Shown here: positions 48,179 to 58,114 of the stretch, piece by piece
Layout of the letters: each line of letters opens with the position of its first letter
Position numbering within the stretch: the first letter of the stretch is position 1
From: a virus
Strand: one strand, 5' to 3'
DNA: 64,000 bases
Virus record (IMG/VR): IMGVR_UViG_3300009509_000008
Span: 24,032 to 88,031 of that record
Made by a program: the position numbers and the translations under genes
Notes under the pieces: model-generated
The model's database searches: none
The model's input: only the letters and a program-made list of their open reading frames with translations
What the model was told of the DNA's origin: nothing

Positions 48179-49800
48179 TGTTTGATGAGCTGATGAAAGA
48201 GGCCTTCGAGATTCCGCTCACCTCAAGGATGAGGTTCCTTGCGGAGATCCAGGGTCCGTTTGGAATGCCGCCGCAACCTGTGCTCAACGTGCACACAGCT
48301 CATGGTCTCCTGAAGATCGCCCATATCATCAAGTCTGCTCAGGGCGATGAGCAAGCAGCAGCGCTCGAGCTCGAGCGGCAGGCCATGGTCGATCCCCAAG
48401 TTCAGATGGCCCTGGACTACCAACAGATGCAGAACGAGCGAGACGAGGCTATGGAGCAGGTTCGTGCCATGAACCAGCAGCTCTTCGATGCTCAGTCCGC
48501 TCAGGCCATGGCCGACCAGCAGGCCCAACAGATGGGCCAGCAGGTGAGTGAGCTACAGGGTCAGATCGAGCAGGAGGCGGCGGGGCGCCAGGAAGCTCAG
48601 CAGGCCATGGTCGCTGCGAAAGATCAGAGCCTTCAAGAACAGATGGCCGTCCAGGACCAGAAGCAGCAGATGAACACTGCGGCCCAGACGTTCCAGGAGC
48701 AGGCCAACATGCTGACGCAGCAGCTCAAAGCGGTAGCTGCGCAGCCAACAGCTCCTCCCCCGGCGCCCGCTGGACCTCCAGGAGCTGGCGGAGAGATGCC
48801 CCCACCTGCTACGGCAGGAGCTGCTCAGGAGCAACAAGAAGCGGCTAACGCAGAGCAGGAAGCGGCCATCCAGGGTGAGCAAGCTCAGCAGGCCTCCATG
48901 GAGGATCAGGCCAAGATGGAGCAAGCTGCGGCCGCACAGGGCGGCGCTCCGCCCGAGGGAGCTCCAATGGAAGGAGCACCTCCGCCGGAGATGATGCCTC
49001 CGCCCGGCATGGAGATGCCGAAGCAGGGATCGGACAAGCTCGCCTCGATCAAGCAGCGCCTGAAGATGATGAACGTTGCACGAAAGGCAGGACAAGTACA
49101 GCGTGGGATCGAGCAGGCCGCAAAGAAGCTCAAGTTTGATCTCGGCTCTCAGAAGGGCGACGTCGCAAAGGCCGTGAAAGAGCTGAGTCTTCCTGAGCGT
49201 GCCGCCTTCACAGCCGGAAAGTACCAGGGAGAGATCCTTGGTGGTGCCGCTGCTCTAGGAGCAACTGGGGTGGGAGCTGCGGCGCTGAAGGCAAAGAAGA
49301 AGAGGGACGAGAAGCTCGACAAGATGAAGAAGGCCTACTTCGTCGCAGCAGTTCCGATCCAACACAGGCCGGTCCACTTGGACCCTGAGCTAGCCCAGCG
49401 TGAAGGAGCAATCCGAGGAGGACTCGGCGGCGCAGCGGTGGGCGGACTAGGCGCCGGACTTGCAGCAGCACGACACGGAGTCCCTGGAAGGCTGGCGGCG
49501 CTAGCCGGTCTTGGTGGAGCAGCCTTGGGTGCTGTTGGTGGAGGAGCCATAGGTGGACTTGCCGCACGTGGTGAATCGGGTCGAGCTCGAGAGCGCTACA
49601 AGGCGAACCTCATGGCTCGTCAGCAGCTACGGGACGAGGCAAAAGCGCAGATGGCAAAGACTGGGGCTGCCGAGAGCGCCATGGACCGAATCCTAAAGCT
49701 CGCTGCCGAGAAGGAAAACATGATGAAGTGCTCCAAGTGCGGAAAGATGACCAAGTACTCGGAGCTCGGTAAGTGTTCAGCGTGCGGGGAGACGCACTGA
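48175..49800 (+). CDS. Gln-rich coiled-coil, glycine-zipper, KxA protein
   Basis: MKEAF, LKIAH, IKSAQ, DKLAS, AKTGA, LKLAA; C-terminal CSKC..CSAC. Confidence 0.7.
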   Translation: MMFDELMKEAFEIPLTSRMRFLAEIQGPFGMPPQPVLNVHTAHGLLKIAHIIKSAQGDEQAAALELERQAMVDPQVQMALDYQQMQNERDEAMEQVRAMNQQLFDAQSAQAMADQQAQQMGQQVSELQGQIEQEAAGRQEAQQAMVAAKDQSLQEQMAVQDQKQQMNTAAQTFQEQANMLTQQLKAVAAQPTAPPPAPAGPPGAGGEMPPPATAGAAQEQQEAANAEQEAAIQGEQAQQASMEDQAKMEQAAAAQGGAPPEGAPMEGAPPPEMMPPPGMEMPKQGSDKLASIKQRLKMMNVARKAGQVQRGIEQAAKKLKFDLGSQKGDVAKAVKELSLPERAAFTAGKYQGEILGGAAALGATGVGAAALKAKKKRDEKLDKMKKAYFVAAVPIQHRPVHLDPELAQREGAIRGGLGGAAVGGLGAGLAAARHGVPGRLAALAGLGGAALGAVGGGAIGGLAARGESGRARERYKANLMARQQLRDEAKAQMAKTGAAESAMDRILKLAAEKENMMKCSKCGKMTKYSELGKCSACGETH

Positions 49801-49829
49801 GGGAGGCCCTCTGAGGCCGAGATAGGAGA

Positions 49830-51086
49830 TTGATCATGCTGCAAGAGTGGCTTGAAGAACTCGCCGAAGACGAGATGAAGAAGACGGCCTCTTCCCAGTT
49901 CGAGGAGGTCCTCCGTGACATGGACATCCCTGAGCTCAAAGCCTTCTACGAGCTCAGCAAGGAGGGCCAGTTCACACACGAGGTACCCGCTGGTGTTGAG
50001 CTCGATCCTGTACGAGCAAGAAGACAAGGGGCCATTATGGGAGGTGTCGGACTTGGTACTCTTGGGGCCATGATGGGAGGCGCAGCAGGAGGTCCTGGCG
50101 GCGCTATTCTCGGCGGCCTTGGTGGTGGGGCCGTTGGCGCACTAGGTGGCGCAGGACTTGGAGGATACATGTCCTCGCAGGAGAGGAATCGTATTCTGGC
50201 CAACAGAGCAAGTCTGGAACAGGCCGGCGCCATGCAGTCTCCACAGCAAAAGGAGGCCGCTAAGGTGGCCTTGCCTGAAGGTGTGGACCCCGCTTCTGAG
50301 GAGGCGATACGATACCAAGGGCGACAATCTGGCGCCAACCTCGGTGGGATCGCTGGGATGCTCGGCGGCGCAGGGTTGGGCGCAGGTATCGGCAGCAGGC
50401 TTCCTGGTGTCGCTGCGCCCATTGGCATGATGCTCGGCGGCGGAGGGGCTGGCTACGCCCTGGGCCGCATGGCCGGTGGTCCTCTCGGTGAGAGAGCGGC
50501 GATGGCTGGTGGTGTTCCGCCTAAAGCTCCAGCGCCTTCTCCACAGCAGGATGTTCGACTCGCTATGGTCGATAAGGGACCAGAAGACTTCCAAGCAGCC
50601 TATGCAAGCCCCGAGGTCCAGGCAGTCAAGGAGAGACTCCTCGCCGAGAACCCTGACATGGACGAGTTCACCCTCAACACTCATCCTGAGATGGACAAGG
50701 CTGTCATGCAGGCGGCCGGAGTTCAGAAGAGAGCAGCGCTCGAGGAAAAGTTCAAGATGGCAGCTGCTACTGGCGCAGCGCTCGCTCGAGCAGGCTTTGT
50801 GCCTTCAGTGATCGAAGGCCACTTCAAGTTCGCCGAAATGTCCGAAGAGGACAAGGACAAGGTCGAGACTGTCTCCGAGGCCATGAAGGAGACGAAGGAC
50901 ATGTCTCCTGAGGAGCGCAAGAAGTTCATGAAGGGCGTGGGAAAGGCAGTTCCAGGAGGGGAGGAGAACGGCGAGGAGGAAGAGGAGAACGGCAAGGAGA
51001 ACGAGGAGAAGACGGCGTCGTTCAGGAGCGCAGTGCTCAGCGCTGCGGCGAAGGGGGCCATCCACTCCTACGAGTGGGAGCTGTAG
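49830..51086 (+). CDS. glycine-zipper KxA protein
   Basis: KKTAS, SKEGQ, QKEAA, QKRAA, EKTAS; two Gly-zipper blocks. Confidence 0.7.
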   Translation: MIMLQEWLEELAEDEMKKTASSQFEEVLRDMDIPELKAFYELSKEGQFTHEVPAGVELDPVRARRQGAIMGGVGLGTLGAMMGGAAGGPGGAILGGLGGGAVGALGGAGLGGYMSSQERNRILANRASLEQAGAMQSPQQKEAAKVALPEGVDPASEEAIRYQGRQSGANLGGIAGMLGGAGLGAGIGSRLPGVAAPIGMMLGGGGAGYALGRMAGGPLGERAAMAGGVPPKAPAPSPQQDVRLAMVDKGPEDFQAAYASPEVQAVKERLLAENPDMDEFTLNTHPEMDKAVMQAAGVQKRAALEEKFKMAAATGAALARAGFVPSVIEGHFKFAEMSEEDKDKVETVSEAMKETKDMSPEERKKFMKGVGKAVPGGEENGEEEEENGKENEEKTASFRSAVLSAAAKGAIHSYEWEL

Positions 51087-51093
51087 ATCGTAG

Positions 51094-51978
51094 ATGCTCG
51101 AAGTCCAGAACATAAAGGCTTTTTCTCTCAGCAAAGATCACATCGATCTTTCGTGGGAGATCAAAAACACCGATCTGGATCCTCACGACTTCACGTTCGT
51201 CGTGGAGCGAAGTGAGTCTCAATACGGTGAGTTCGACCAGATCAGTGAGCCTTTCTCGGATCGGTACCACTTCCGTGACGTGGTGGTGAACCTCCTGCAC
51301 AAGTGGAGGCAATACTGGTATCGAATCAAGATCACCAGAAAGTCAGACAGCGAAGTCTCGTACTCCGCCGCCGCACAGATGGGAGCCAAGCCTGATCTAG
51401 TTGCCCAAGAAGTTCGCCGTGTCGAACTCATTCTGTTCCGAGAGCACATAGGCAGGAAGTGCTGGGTGTTTCCGGCTAGGACGTTCGGGCAGCGATGCCC
51501 AGCCTGCTACGATCCCGTGAGTCGACAAAGGATGCAGTCGCAGTGCTTGACGTGCTACGACACGAGCTTCGTTGGCGGCTACCTAAACCCGGTAGAAGCC
51601 TACGTTCAGTTCGATCCGAGTCCAAAACACACGGAGGTACAGCAGCTCGTAGAGACTCAGCAGCAGAACACCTCAGCACGCATGCCCTACTTCCCCAGCG
51701 TAAAACCACGGGATATAATCGTTGAGAGTGAGAACAGAAGGTGGCGTATCGAAAGGGTGAGTTCGACAAGGCGGCTTCGAGTAGTTCTGCACCAGGAGCT
51801 CGTGCTCCACGAGATACCTGGGTCAGACATCGAGTACTTGATACCGGTGAATATCGATGATCTTGGCGACTTCGAGGCAAGCCCAGAGCGTGAATTCACC
51901 AACCCTCATGATCTCGAGGGACATGACGACGCCAGCTGGTTCACGAATATGCTGAAAGGACACGGGTACGCTGGATGA
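51094..51978 (+). CDS. neck/head-closure protein candidate with FN3-like N-terminus
   Basis: IDLSWE...YWYRIK FN3 pattern; CPAC..CLTC; PRDIIVE..RRWRI. Confidence 0.55.
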   Translation: MLEVQNIKAFSLSKDHIDLSWEIKNTDLDPHDFTFVVERSESQYGEFDQISEPFSDRYHFRDVVVNLLHKWRQYWYRIKITRKSDSEVSYSAAAQMGAKPDLVAQEVRRVELILFREHIGRKCWVFPARTFGQRCPACYDPVSRQRMQSQCLTCYDTSFVGGYLNPVEAYVQFDPSPKHTEVQQLVETQQQNTSARMPYFPSVKPRDIIVESENRRWRIERVSSTRRLRVVLHQELVLHEIPGSDIEYLIPVNIDDLGDFEASPEREFTNPHDLEGHDDASWFTNMLKGHGYAG

Positions 51979-52373
51979 ACGAGGTCATGGTCAGCAGCTT
52001 CTTCGAGGAGCTGATCAAGATCGCTCAGGAATCCACACCCGACCCACGTGCTGAGGAGATGGCCGAGCTCCGAGAGAATCCGAAGGAGAGGAGCAAGGAC
52101 ATCAATCGGGAGGTCATGAAGCAGCAGCTCAAAAACATGGCCGTCATCGGCGCAGGCGCTGGTCTTGGGCTTGGTGCAGGAACTGCTGCGAACATCGGAT
52201 TGGGCCGGCTCGCCCAACGATACGGCAAGGAGATGCCGAAGTGGGCTCCCTACGCCGTCCAGGGTCTCGTGGTCCCTGCCATGGCGGCGGGATCGGGACT
52301 GGCGTACCAGAGGATGAGAGAGAAGAACCGAGAGCTTCTTGAAGAGGCTCGGCAGAGGGGCGAGGCTCAGTGA
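51975..52373 (+). CDS. small glycine-zipper protein with FFEELIKIA leader
   Basis: SSFFEELIKIAQ; two hydrophobic Gly/Ala segments. Confidence 0.7.
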   Translation: MNEVMVSSFFEELIKIAQESTPDPRAEEMAELRENPKERSKDINREVMKQQLKNMAVIGAGAGLGLGAGTAANIGLGRLAQRYGKEMPKWAPYAVQGLVVPAMAAGSGLAYQRMREKNRELLEEARQRGEAQ

Positions 52374-53203
52374 CGACAGTGCAGACACATCTGCCGCAGC
52401 CGGCAGGAGAAGTCAGCAGCTGGGGAGAGAATCCTCTCTTCCACCTGGTGCGTCTCTGTCTGCTATTCGTCCAAGAGCTCTTCGTTGATCCTCCCGAGGG
52501 GGCCAACTTCCGGTGGACTCCAGATGACGAGACGTCTCGTCTTTACATCACCGACGACACCCCAGTGAACACCGACGTGATCCAGAAGCGACCGGCTATA
52601 GCTACCGTCCGTTCGGGCTTTGCGTGGGCTGGACTGGGGCTCGACCAGAAGCGCAACCATCAGATACGTACCGGAGAGGAGATCTTCACCGATATGCTCT
52701 CCGGGAACATCACGTTCAACTGCATGAGTAGGGTGCCAGTAGAGGCGGAGTACCTCGCTTGGTTGGTGAGTAGACACCTCTGGATCTTCCGTCACCTCCT
52801 CATGCAGCTGGGCTTCCACAAGATCGCTGAGGGTCAGCAGATACTAGCTCGATCACCAGCCGGGGCTCTGGTCTCAGGTGACACGGAGGGCGAGATCATC
52901 AACGTCCCCGTCATCGTCCCGGCTCACTTCCAGTGGACAGAGAAGGTGCAGGAGAAAGACCTCCCGCTTCTTCAGAAGATTGAGACCAACATAGTGGCAA
53001 AGATGGCAAGCGTCATCGAACGCTCTCACACGAGGCCGCCCCTCTGGGGAACCTCTGTGAAGCCTAAGATATTTGATCAGAGTAGGCAGGTGGTGAACCA
53101 TCCGTCCATGCGGGGTCGTAGGTTGGTACCTGCCGAGACGGAGCCGTTGCCTGGCAGTCAGCCCGACGAAGAGGGCATTTCTGTCAAGGTGATTGTTGAG
53201 TAG
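52370..53203 (+). CDS. tail terminator/completion protein candidate
   Basis: Directly upstream of the sheath; KRPAIAT..ITFNCMSR. Confidence 0.5.
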   Translation: MTTVQTHLPQPAGEVSSWGENPLFHLVRLCLLFVQELFVDPPEGANFRWTPDDETSRLYITDDTPVNTDVIQKRPAIATVRSGFAWAGLGLDQKRNHQIRTGEEIFTDMLSGNITFNCMSRVPVEAEYLAWLVSRHLWIFRHLLMQLGFHKIAEGQQILARSPAGALVSGDTEGEIINVPVIVPAHFQWTEKVQEKDLPLLQKIETNIVAKMASVIERSHTRPPLWGTSVKPKIFDQSRQVVNHPSMRGRRLVPAETEPLPGSQPDEEGISVKVIVE

Positions 53204-53212
53204 GAGAAGACT

Positions 53213-56200
53213 ATGGCGAGCATCCCAGAGCTTCCAGAGCCCGGCGTACAGGTCTACCAGGAGTTCAGGACTGTCAGTCCGAGCATCGCCGTGCCCACGC
53301 TGGTGCCGTGCGTTGTCGGTGTGTGCAAGGAGATCAGGGAGCTCTACAACTCCGATCTGACCTTGAACTCGGACATCATCGTCCGGGGCCCGGCAATTGC
53401 GACCGCTACCATCGATGATGACCCAGCGTACAACTTGGCCAACAAGACGCTGAGCCTCAGGGTCAACGGAGGTGTGGAGCAGAGCTTCACGTTCCCAGGA
53501 ACAGCGACGGCCATGAGTGCACAGGACGTGGCGTCGTTCATCAACACGTACACTCCGCTGCCACAGGGCTTCGCAGCGTACGTCTATGAGGATGAGAGCG
53601 ACAATCTGTACCTCCAGCTCAGAACCTCCGGTTCGGGCGGAGAGACAGACGCCATCCAGCTCCTCTATGACGACGCTGCTCCGGTCTTCGGCTGGGGCTA
53701 CGGTCAGTTCTTCTACGGGATCGGGAACTACATCCAAGACAGGGTGTACCTCAAGCAGGAGAGCTTCCCAGATCCTCGTGGGAACCTCGAGGAGCTCAAC
53801 ATCGATGAGGACAGCATTCGTGTCTTCTTCGATCTGAGCACCGAGGTTCGTGAGGTGCTGCAGACCGAGTCCTACCTGCGCAGGGGCACGACCATTGCGG
53901 CGGTGGATGACAACGACGGTGATCAGCTCACCCCGTACGTGGCGATGTCCGGCGAAGACTTCAAGGCCTTGCCGACCTCGGCGCTCGTTGACGGATCCGT
54001 CGACTTGAATGGCAACAGGCAGCAGATCAACCAGCAGATTCTGGCAGTACAGCTCGACGGCGGCGGAAAGCAGTTCGTCAAGTTCTACGGCATCGGAATC
54101 ATCTCGCTGGACATCTCGGCGGCCTTCGCCTCCATCACAGGCAACGACCTCGTTCTGAAGGTGAACGGCGTCACGGTCACGATCAGCAGCATCACAGCAG
54201 CCAACATCGCCGACCTCGTCATCGAGATCAACACGGCGACGCAGGCCGCTGTTGGAGCTGATGTCGTGTACCAGAGCGACATCGACGGAGCTGCCAACGG
54301 TTCCGGGAACTACATCACGTTCCTGTACGGAGCCGTTCCGACTGCCATCGACCGTGACTCTGCTGTCAGCGTCGAGACCGGAACCACTCCGGCGCTCGAG
54401 ACGGCGATGTTCGGCATCGGGTCCTTCCCCATAGAGCAGCCGCTCTGGGGTGACCACACGACAGTCGCAGGTGGCAATCTCGCAGGAGGTCCCTTCGAGA
54501 ACCATGACATCGAGACTCAGATCGATGCGGTCTTCGGGGCGACGGTTGCTTCCATCGAGGCGTCGCCGGCGCCGACCAACCACCTCAGGCTCACAAGCCC
54601 GAGGTCCGGAGAGTCGGACTCGAAGGTCGAGATCCTCGCATCTCCAGACAGCACGACGACCTGCCTCACCGCACTAGGTCTCACCGCCGGTGTGACCTAC
54701 GGTAACCCGTTCAAGGTCCGAGTCGGTGACTACCTCTACGCTGACGGCACGTACGTCGGCATGATCATCGAGGTTCACCCCGGCGCAACGGCCGGACAGC
54801 TGAAGCTGGACCAGGAGGTCAGCACGCAGACCAGCGTGTGGAACCCATCGAGCTGGTACATCATCGCCAAGAACCTGAATGCGGTTGCGAGCGCTCAGTG
54901 GGGCGTCACGGTTCCTCGTCCGGATCTCATGATCGACAACAACGGAGACGTCATCATCAAGCATGACTTCCTCCGTGACACGACCGGAGCTCCGATCTCA
55001 GTGACGGCGGTGCCTGTCTACTGCATGTACGAGGCCCTGCGTCTCGATGTCACCGGGGAGGCCCAGAACCCATCTCTCCTGTCGTTCAACTCGACGACGG
55101 ACCTCGAGGCGGCACTCGACCCCGTCTCTCCGGACAACCCGCTCTCTTACGGGTTCTTCTGCGCCATCGGGAACGCTAACGGTGTCAGCGTCACCGGCAT
55201 CGGCGTCGACGAAGCGACGGCTGACAAGCCCTACGGGACCTTGGCCGGCTTCACCGCTGCCTTCGAGTTCCTCAAGCCCAAAGAGGTCTACGCTGTCGCT
55301 CCGCTGTCATCGGATCTCGACGTTGCACTGGCTGCTCAGCAGCATGCCAACACAATGAGCGATCCGGAGCAGAAGGGTGAGAGGATAGCCATCGTCCACC
55401 TCGGAACGCCGACTCGGAAGGTCGACACCTTGGTGGCCTCCGGCAATGACGGCGACTCGGTCTCCGGTGGACCGCCCTACTACTTCGATACCAAGATCAG
55501 CACCTTGTCTCAGGCTCTCCTGGCACAGGGAATCGATCCAACATCGGCGTTCACGGCGGCCGAGGGAGTGTTCCTCGACCTGGGGACGGATGACAAGAAC
55601 TACAACATCATCGGACCTGTGCTCGACGGCACCAAGGTCAAGCTGAACTTCGGCTTCTCGCCTGGCCAGAACGATGATGCCTTCTACACGGAGTCCACCG
55701 CTGACTGGACTGCCCAGCTCCCGATCGTCAGTGCCAGCTACTCTGTGAAGATCAGGGGCACCGTCGTCGCCAGCAAAGACGAGGAGATCGAGGCCATCTA
55801 CTACAAGGGACAGGGCTTCAAGGATCGCCGAGTGTGGATGCAGCAGCTCGGTCAGCTCGTCGCCACCGTCAACAGCGTGGATCAGCTCATCGAAGGCTTC
55901 TACATGAACGCCGCCAAGGCTGGCATGGTTGGAGGTCTTCCGCCGAGCCAGCCGCTGACTCGGTACCCCATCGCCGTCTTCACCGGGGTCACGGATACCA
56001 AGGAGCGGTACACCACCAGCCAGCTCAACCAGGGAGCGGCCGGCGGAGCCGACTGGGTCATCCAGCCGAGTGAGGGAGCTCCGCTCACCTCGAGGCACCA
56101 GGTCACGACAGACTTGACCAGCATCGAGAAGCGTGAGCAGTCGATCGTCAAAGCCGTCGACTTCTGCGCCAAGTTCTTCCGAATGGGACTTGATCAGTAC

Positions 56201-56416
56201 ATAGGTCGGTACAACATCACGCCGGCCTATCTCGATACACTCTCGACTGTTGTCCAGGGCTTCGCCAGGTGGCTGGTCGAGGAGGGGAAGGTGGTTATGG
56301 CTGCCAACCTCAACAACCTGGTGCAGAGCGAGGATAGCCCGGACACGGTCCTCATCGACGTCAGCCTCGAGGTATTCTACCCAGGCAACTACCTGCGACT
56401 CACGCTGGTGGTATGA
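53213..56416 (+). CDS. contractile tail sheath protein with insertion domains
   Basis: N-terminal PGVQVYQE; C-terminal RHQVTT...REQSIVKAVD...YPGNYLRLTLVV. Confidence 0.88.
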   Translation: MASIPELPEPGVQVYQEFRTVSPSIAVPTLVPCVVGVCKEIRELYNSDLTLNSDIIVRGPAIATATIDDDPAYNLANKTLSLRVNGGVEQSFTFPGTATAMSAQDVASFINTYTPLPQGFAAYVYEDESDNLYLQLRTSGSGGETDAIQLLYDDAAPVFGWGYGQFFYGIGNYIQDRVYLKQESFPDPRGNLEELNIDEDSIRVFFDLSTEVREVLQTESYLRRGTTIAAVDDNDGDQLTPYVAMSGEDFKALPTSALVDGSVDLNGNRQQINQQILAVQLDGGGKQFVKFYGIGIISLDISAAFASITGNDLVLKVNGVTVTISSITAANIADLVIEINTATQAAVGADVVYQSDIDGAANGSGNYITFLYGAVPTAIDRDSAVSVETGTTPALETAMFGIGSFPIEQPLWGDHTTVAGGNLAGGPFENHDIETQIDAVFGATVASIEASPAPTNHLRLTSPRSGESDSKVEILASPDSTTTCLTALGLTAGVTYGNPFKVRVGDYLYADGTYVGMIIEVHPGATAGQLKLDQEVSTQTSVWNPSSWYIIAKNLNAVASAQWGVTVPRPDLMIDNNGDVIIKHDFLRDTTGAPISVTAVPVYCMYEALRLDVTGEAQNPSLLSFNSTTDLEAALDPVSPDNPLSYGFFCAIGNANGVSVTGIGVDEATADKPYGTLAGFTAAFEFLKPKEVYAVAPLSSDLDVALAAQQHANTMSDPEQKGERIAIVHLGTPTRKVDTLVASGNDGDSVSGGPPYYFDTKISTLSQALLAQGIDPTSAFTAAEGVFLDLGTDDKNYNIIGPVLDGTKVKLNFGFSPGQNDDAFYTESTADWTAQLPIVSASYSVKIRGTVVASKDEEIEAIYYKGQGFKDRRVWMQQLGQLVATVNSVDQLIEGFYMNAAKAGMVGGLPPSQPLTRYPIAVFTGVTDTKERYTTSQLNQGAAGGADWVIQPSEGAPLTSRHQVTTDLTSIEKREQSIVKAVDFCAKFFRMGLDQYIGRYNITPAYLDTLSTVVQGFARWLVEEGKVVMAANLNNLVQSEDSPDTVLIDVSLEVFYPGNYLRLTLVV

Positions 56417-56457
56417 TGAAGATGTGGGCTGAGACCAATAAGTTGAGGAGGCTCTAG

Positions 56458-57171
56458 ATGGGCACTTTCACAGACTGGGAACCCATGAACAGCTACGTTC
56501 AGGGTGGAATGACCGATGGCCGATTCGTCGTCGGTTCACTCACCTTGCTCGCTGCCGGGCCTCCACGGCTGTCGCAACTCGGTGGCAGCGTTGGAGCGGC
56601 AACTGCTGCGATCACGGGAGCAAACGCTGACATCGTCTACCCCATCGGTGTCACACAGAACATCAATCACTCTCAGAACAAGACCTTCATGAGGGTCTGG
56701 GAGCTTGGGAGTGAGCGATCGTACTTCATCGGTGGAAGGACGGTGGGCCAGCTGGCCCTCAGCAGGATCTTCTACCACGGCCCGAGCATCTTGCGGGTCA
56801 TGTACGCCTACTACGAGGATCCGGCAGTGCCGCTCAACATCCCATGGCTGTTCCCCAACGTGGGAGCCAAGGCGATGCCGAACGAGCACGAGGTCATCGT
56901 TCCTCCGGGATACGAGAACCTGTTCCTCAACCTGGCGTCGGATCTATTCAATCAACCGATCGGCCTTCTGGTGTACATGAGGGACTCGAACCTCTACACC
57001 ATGGGAGCGATCTACCTCGAGGCCTGCTACATCCCGAACCACACGTGGGCGACGGATGCGCAGGGCACGATCGTCCAAGAGACCGTGGCCATGCAGTACG
57101 AGCGGGTCGTACCGGTCAACGTGACGGCCGTGAACCTCGTTACGGGTGCGTTGGGACAGACATACCCGTAA
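56458..57171 (+). CDS. tail tube protein
   Basis: Follows the sheath; RVWELGSERSYFIGG...YLEACYI...QETVAMQYE. Confidence 0.75.
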   Translation: MGTFTDWEPMNSYVQGGMTDGRFVVGSLTLLAAGPPRLSQLGGSVGAATAAITGANADIVYPIGVTQNINHSQNKTFMRVWELGSERSYFIGGRTVGQLALSRIFYHGPSILRVMYAYYEDPAVPLNIPWLFPNVGAKAMPNEHEVIVPPGYENLFLNLASDLFNQPIGLLVYMRDSNLYTMGAIYLEACYIPNHTWATDAQGTIVQETVAMQYERVVPVNVTAVNLVTGALGQTYP

Positions 57172-57181
57172 GGAGGGCTCG

Positions 57182-58114
57182 ATGCTCCAGGATGACAAGA
57201 CACTGGCCGATGGGGTTTACCTCATGGGTCGAGACCACTTTCACAAGCTCGCCTCCTTGGCGATCCGTATGCAGGGAGCTCGAGAGCTTGGTGTCCTGGC
57301 GGCGCACAGCACCTTTGGCGAAGACAGACTCCCGGAACCCTACATCGTCGAGAAGATGGCCGCCGATTGGGCCAAGCGCTCCGGCATCATGAAGATCAAG
57401 CTACCAAAGAGCGAGGAGGACATTGATCCAGCTGGGGACCTCGAAGTTCTCAGTGCAGTCAAGACTGCCGCCGACCTCGAGAAGCTTGGAGCTGCTGCCT
57501 ACGCCGAGCTCGGAGAAGAGCACATGACGAAGCTCGCTTCCCAGATATTGGAAGGTGAGGTCTCATGGGATGAGCTCTCCGAGCTCGAGAAGGTGGCCAT
57601 CGGCTGGATGGGTAAGGCCCTCGGTGGACTCAAGAAGGGCGTCCAGTTCTTCACCAAGGGCAAGAGCGTCAGTCTTCCAGGCCCCAAGACCCCAGGTCAG
57701 GGCTTCGGCGCCAAGATGCGTGAGGGTTGGAACGTCATGACGGGGAAGGGGCGCACGCCTCAGATGCCGTCCCCAGGTGCCTCAAAGGTGCAGCAGTACG
57801 CTCAGGAGGCCAAGGCCCTAAAGGCTCAGCCGGGTGGAGCCAAGACCATGGTTGGAGGATCAGGAGGCGGAGGTCCTTACCGAACCCCGTCCACCCCAGG
57901 TCAGCCTGCTCCTGCGAGACCTGGACGCAAGTGGTACCAACCAAGTCTGAAGACCCAGCTGGGTGTGGGCGCCGCTCTCGCCGGCGGAACATACCTTGGA
58001 GGCAAGGCCCTTGACGTGGGGCACGCCTTCCTCACCCCGCAGCCTCCTGGCACTGCATACCAGTACGGCGGTGGAGCTCCCAGCCACTTCATGAATCCAC
58101 AAGGCGGAATGTGA
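57182..58114 (+). CDS. KxA-rich protein with Gly-rich basic C-half
   Basis: RBS AAGGAGG; HKLAS, EKMAA, VKTAA, EKLGA, TKLAS, ELEKVA. Confidence 0.7.
   Translation: MLQDDKTLADGVYLMGRDHFHKLASLAIRMQGARELGVLAAHSTFGEDRLPEPYIVEKMAADWAKRSGIMKIKLPKSEEDIDPAGDLEVLSAVKTAADLEKLGAAAYAELGEEHMTKLASQILEGEVSWDELSELEKVAIGWMGKALGGLKKGVQFFTKGKSVSLPGPKTPGQGFGAKMREGWNVMTGKGRTPQMPSPGASKVQQYAQEAKALKAQPGGAKTMVGGSGGGGPYRTPSTPGQPAPARPGRKWYQPSLKTQLGVGAALAGGTYLGGKALDVGHAFLTPQPPGTAYQYGGGAPSHFMNPQGGM

Noticed and set aside
52874-54583. Long antisense ORFs (also 44473-46158, 15415-16737, 4948-5883)
   Set aside because: Shadows of GC3-biased genes on the opposite strand, with no RBS or motifs
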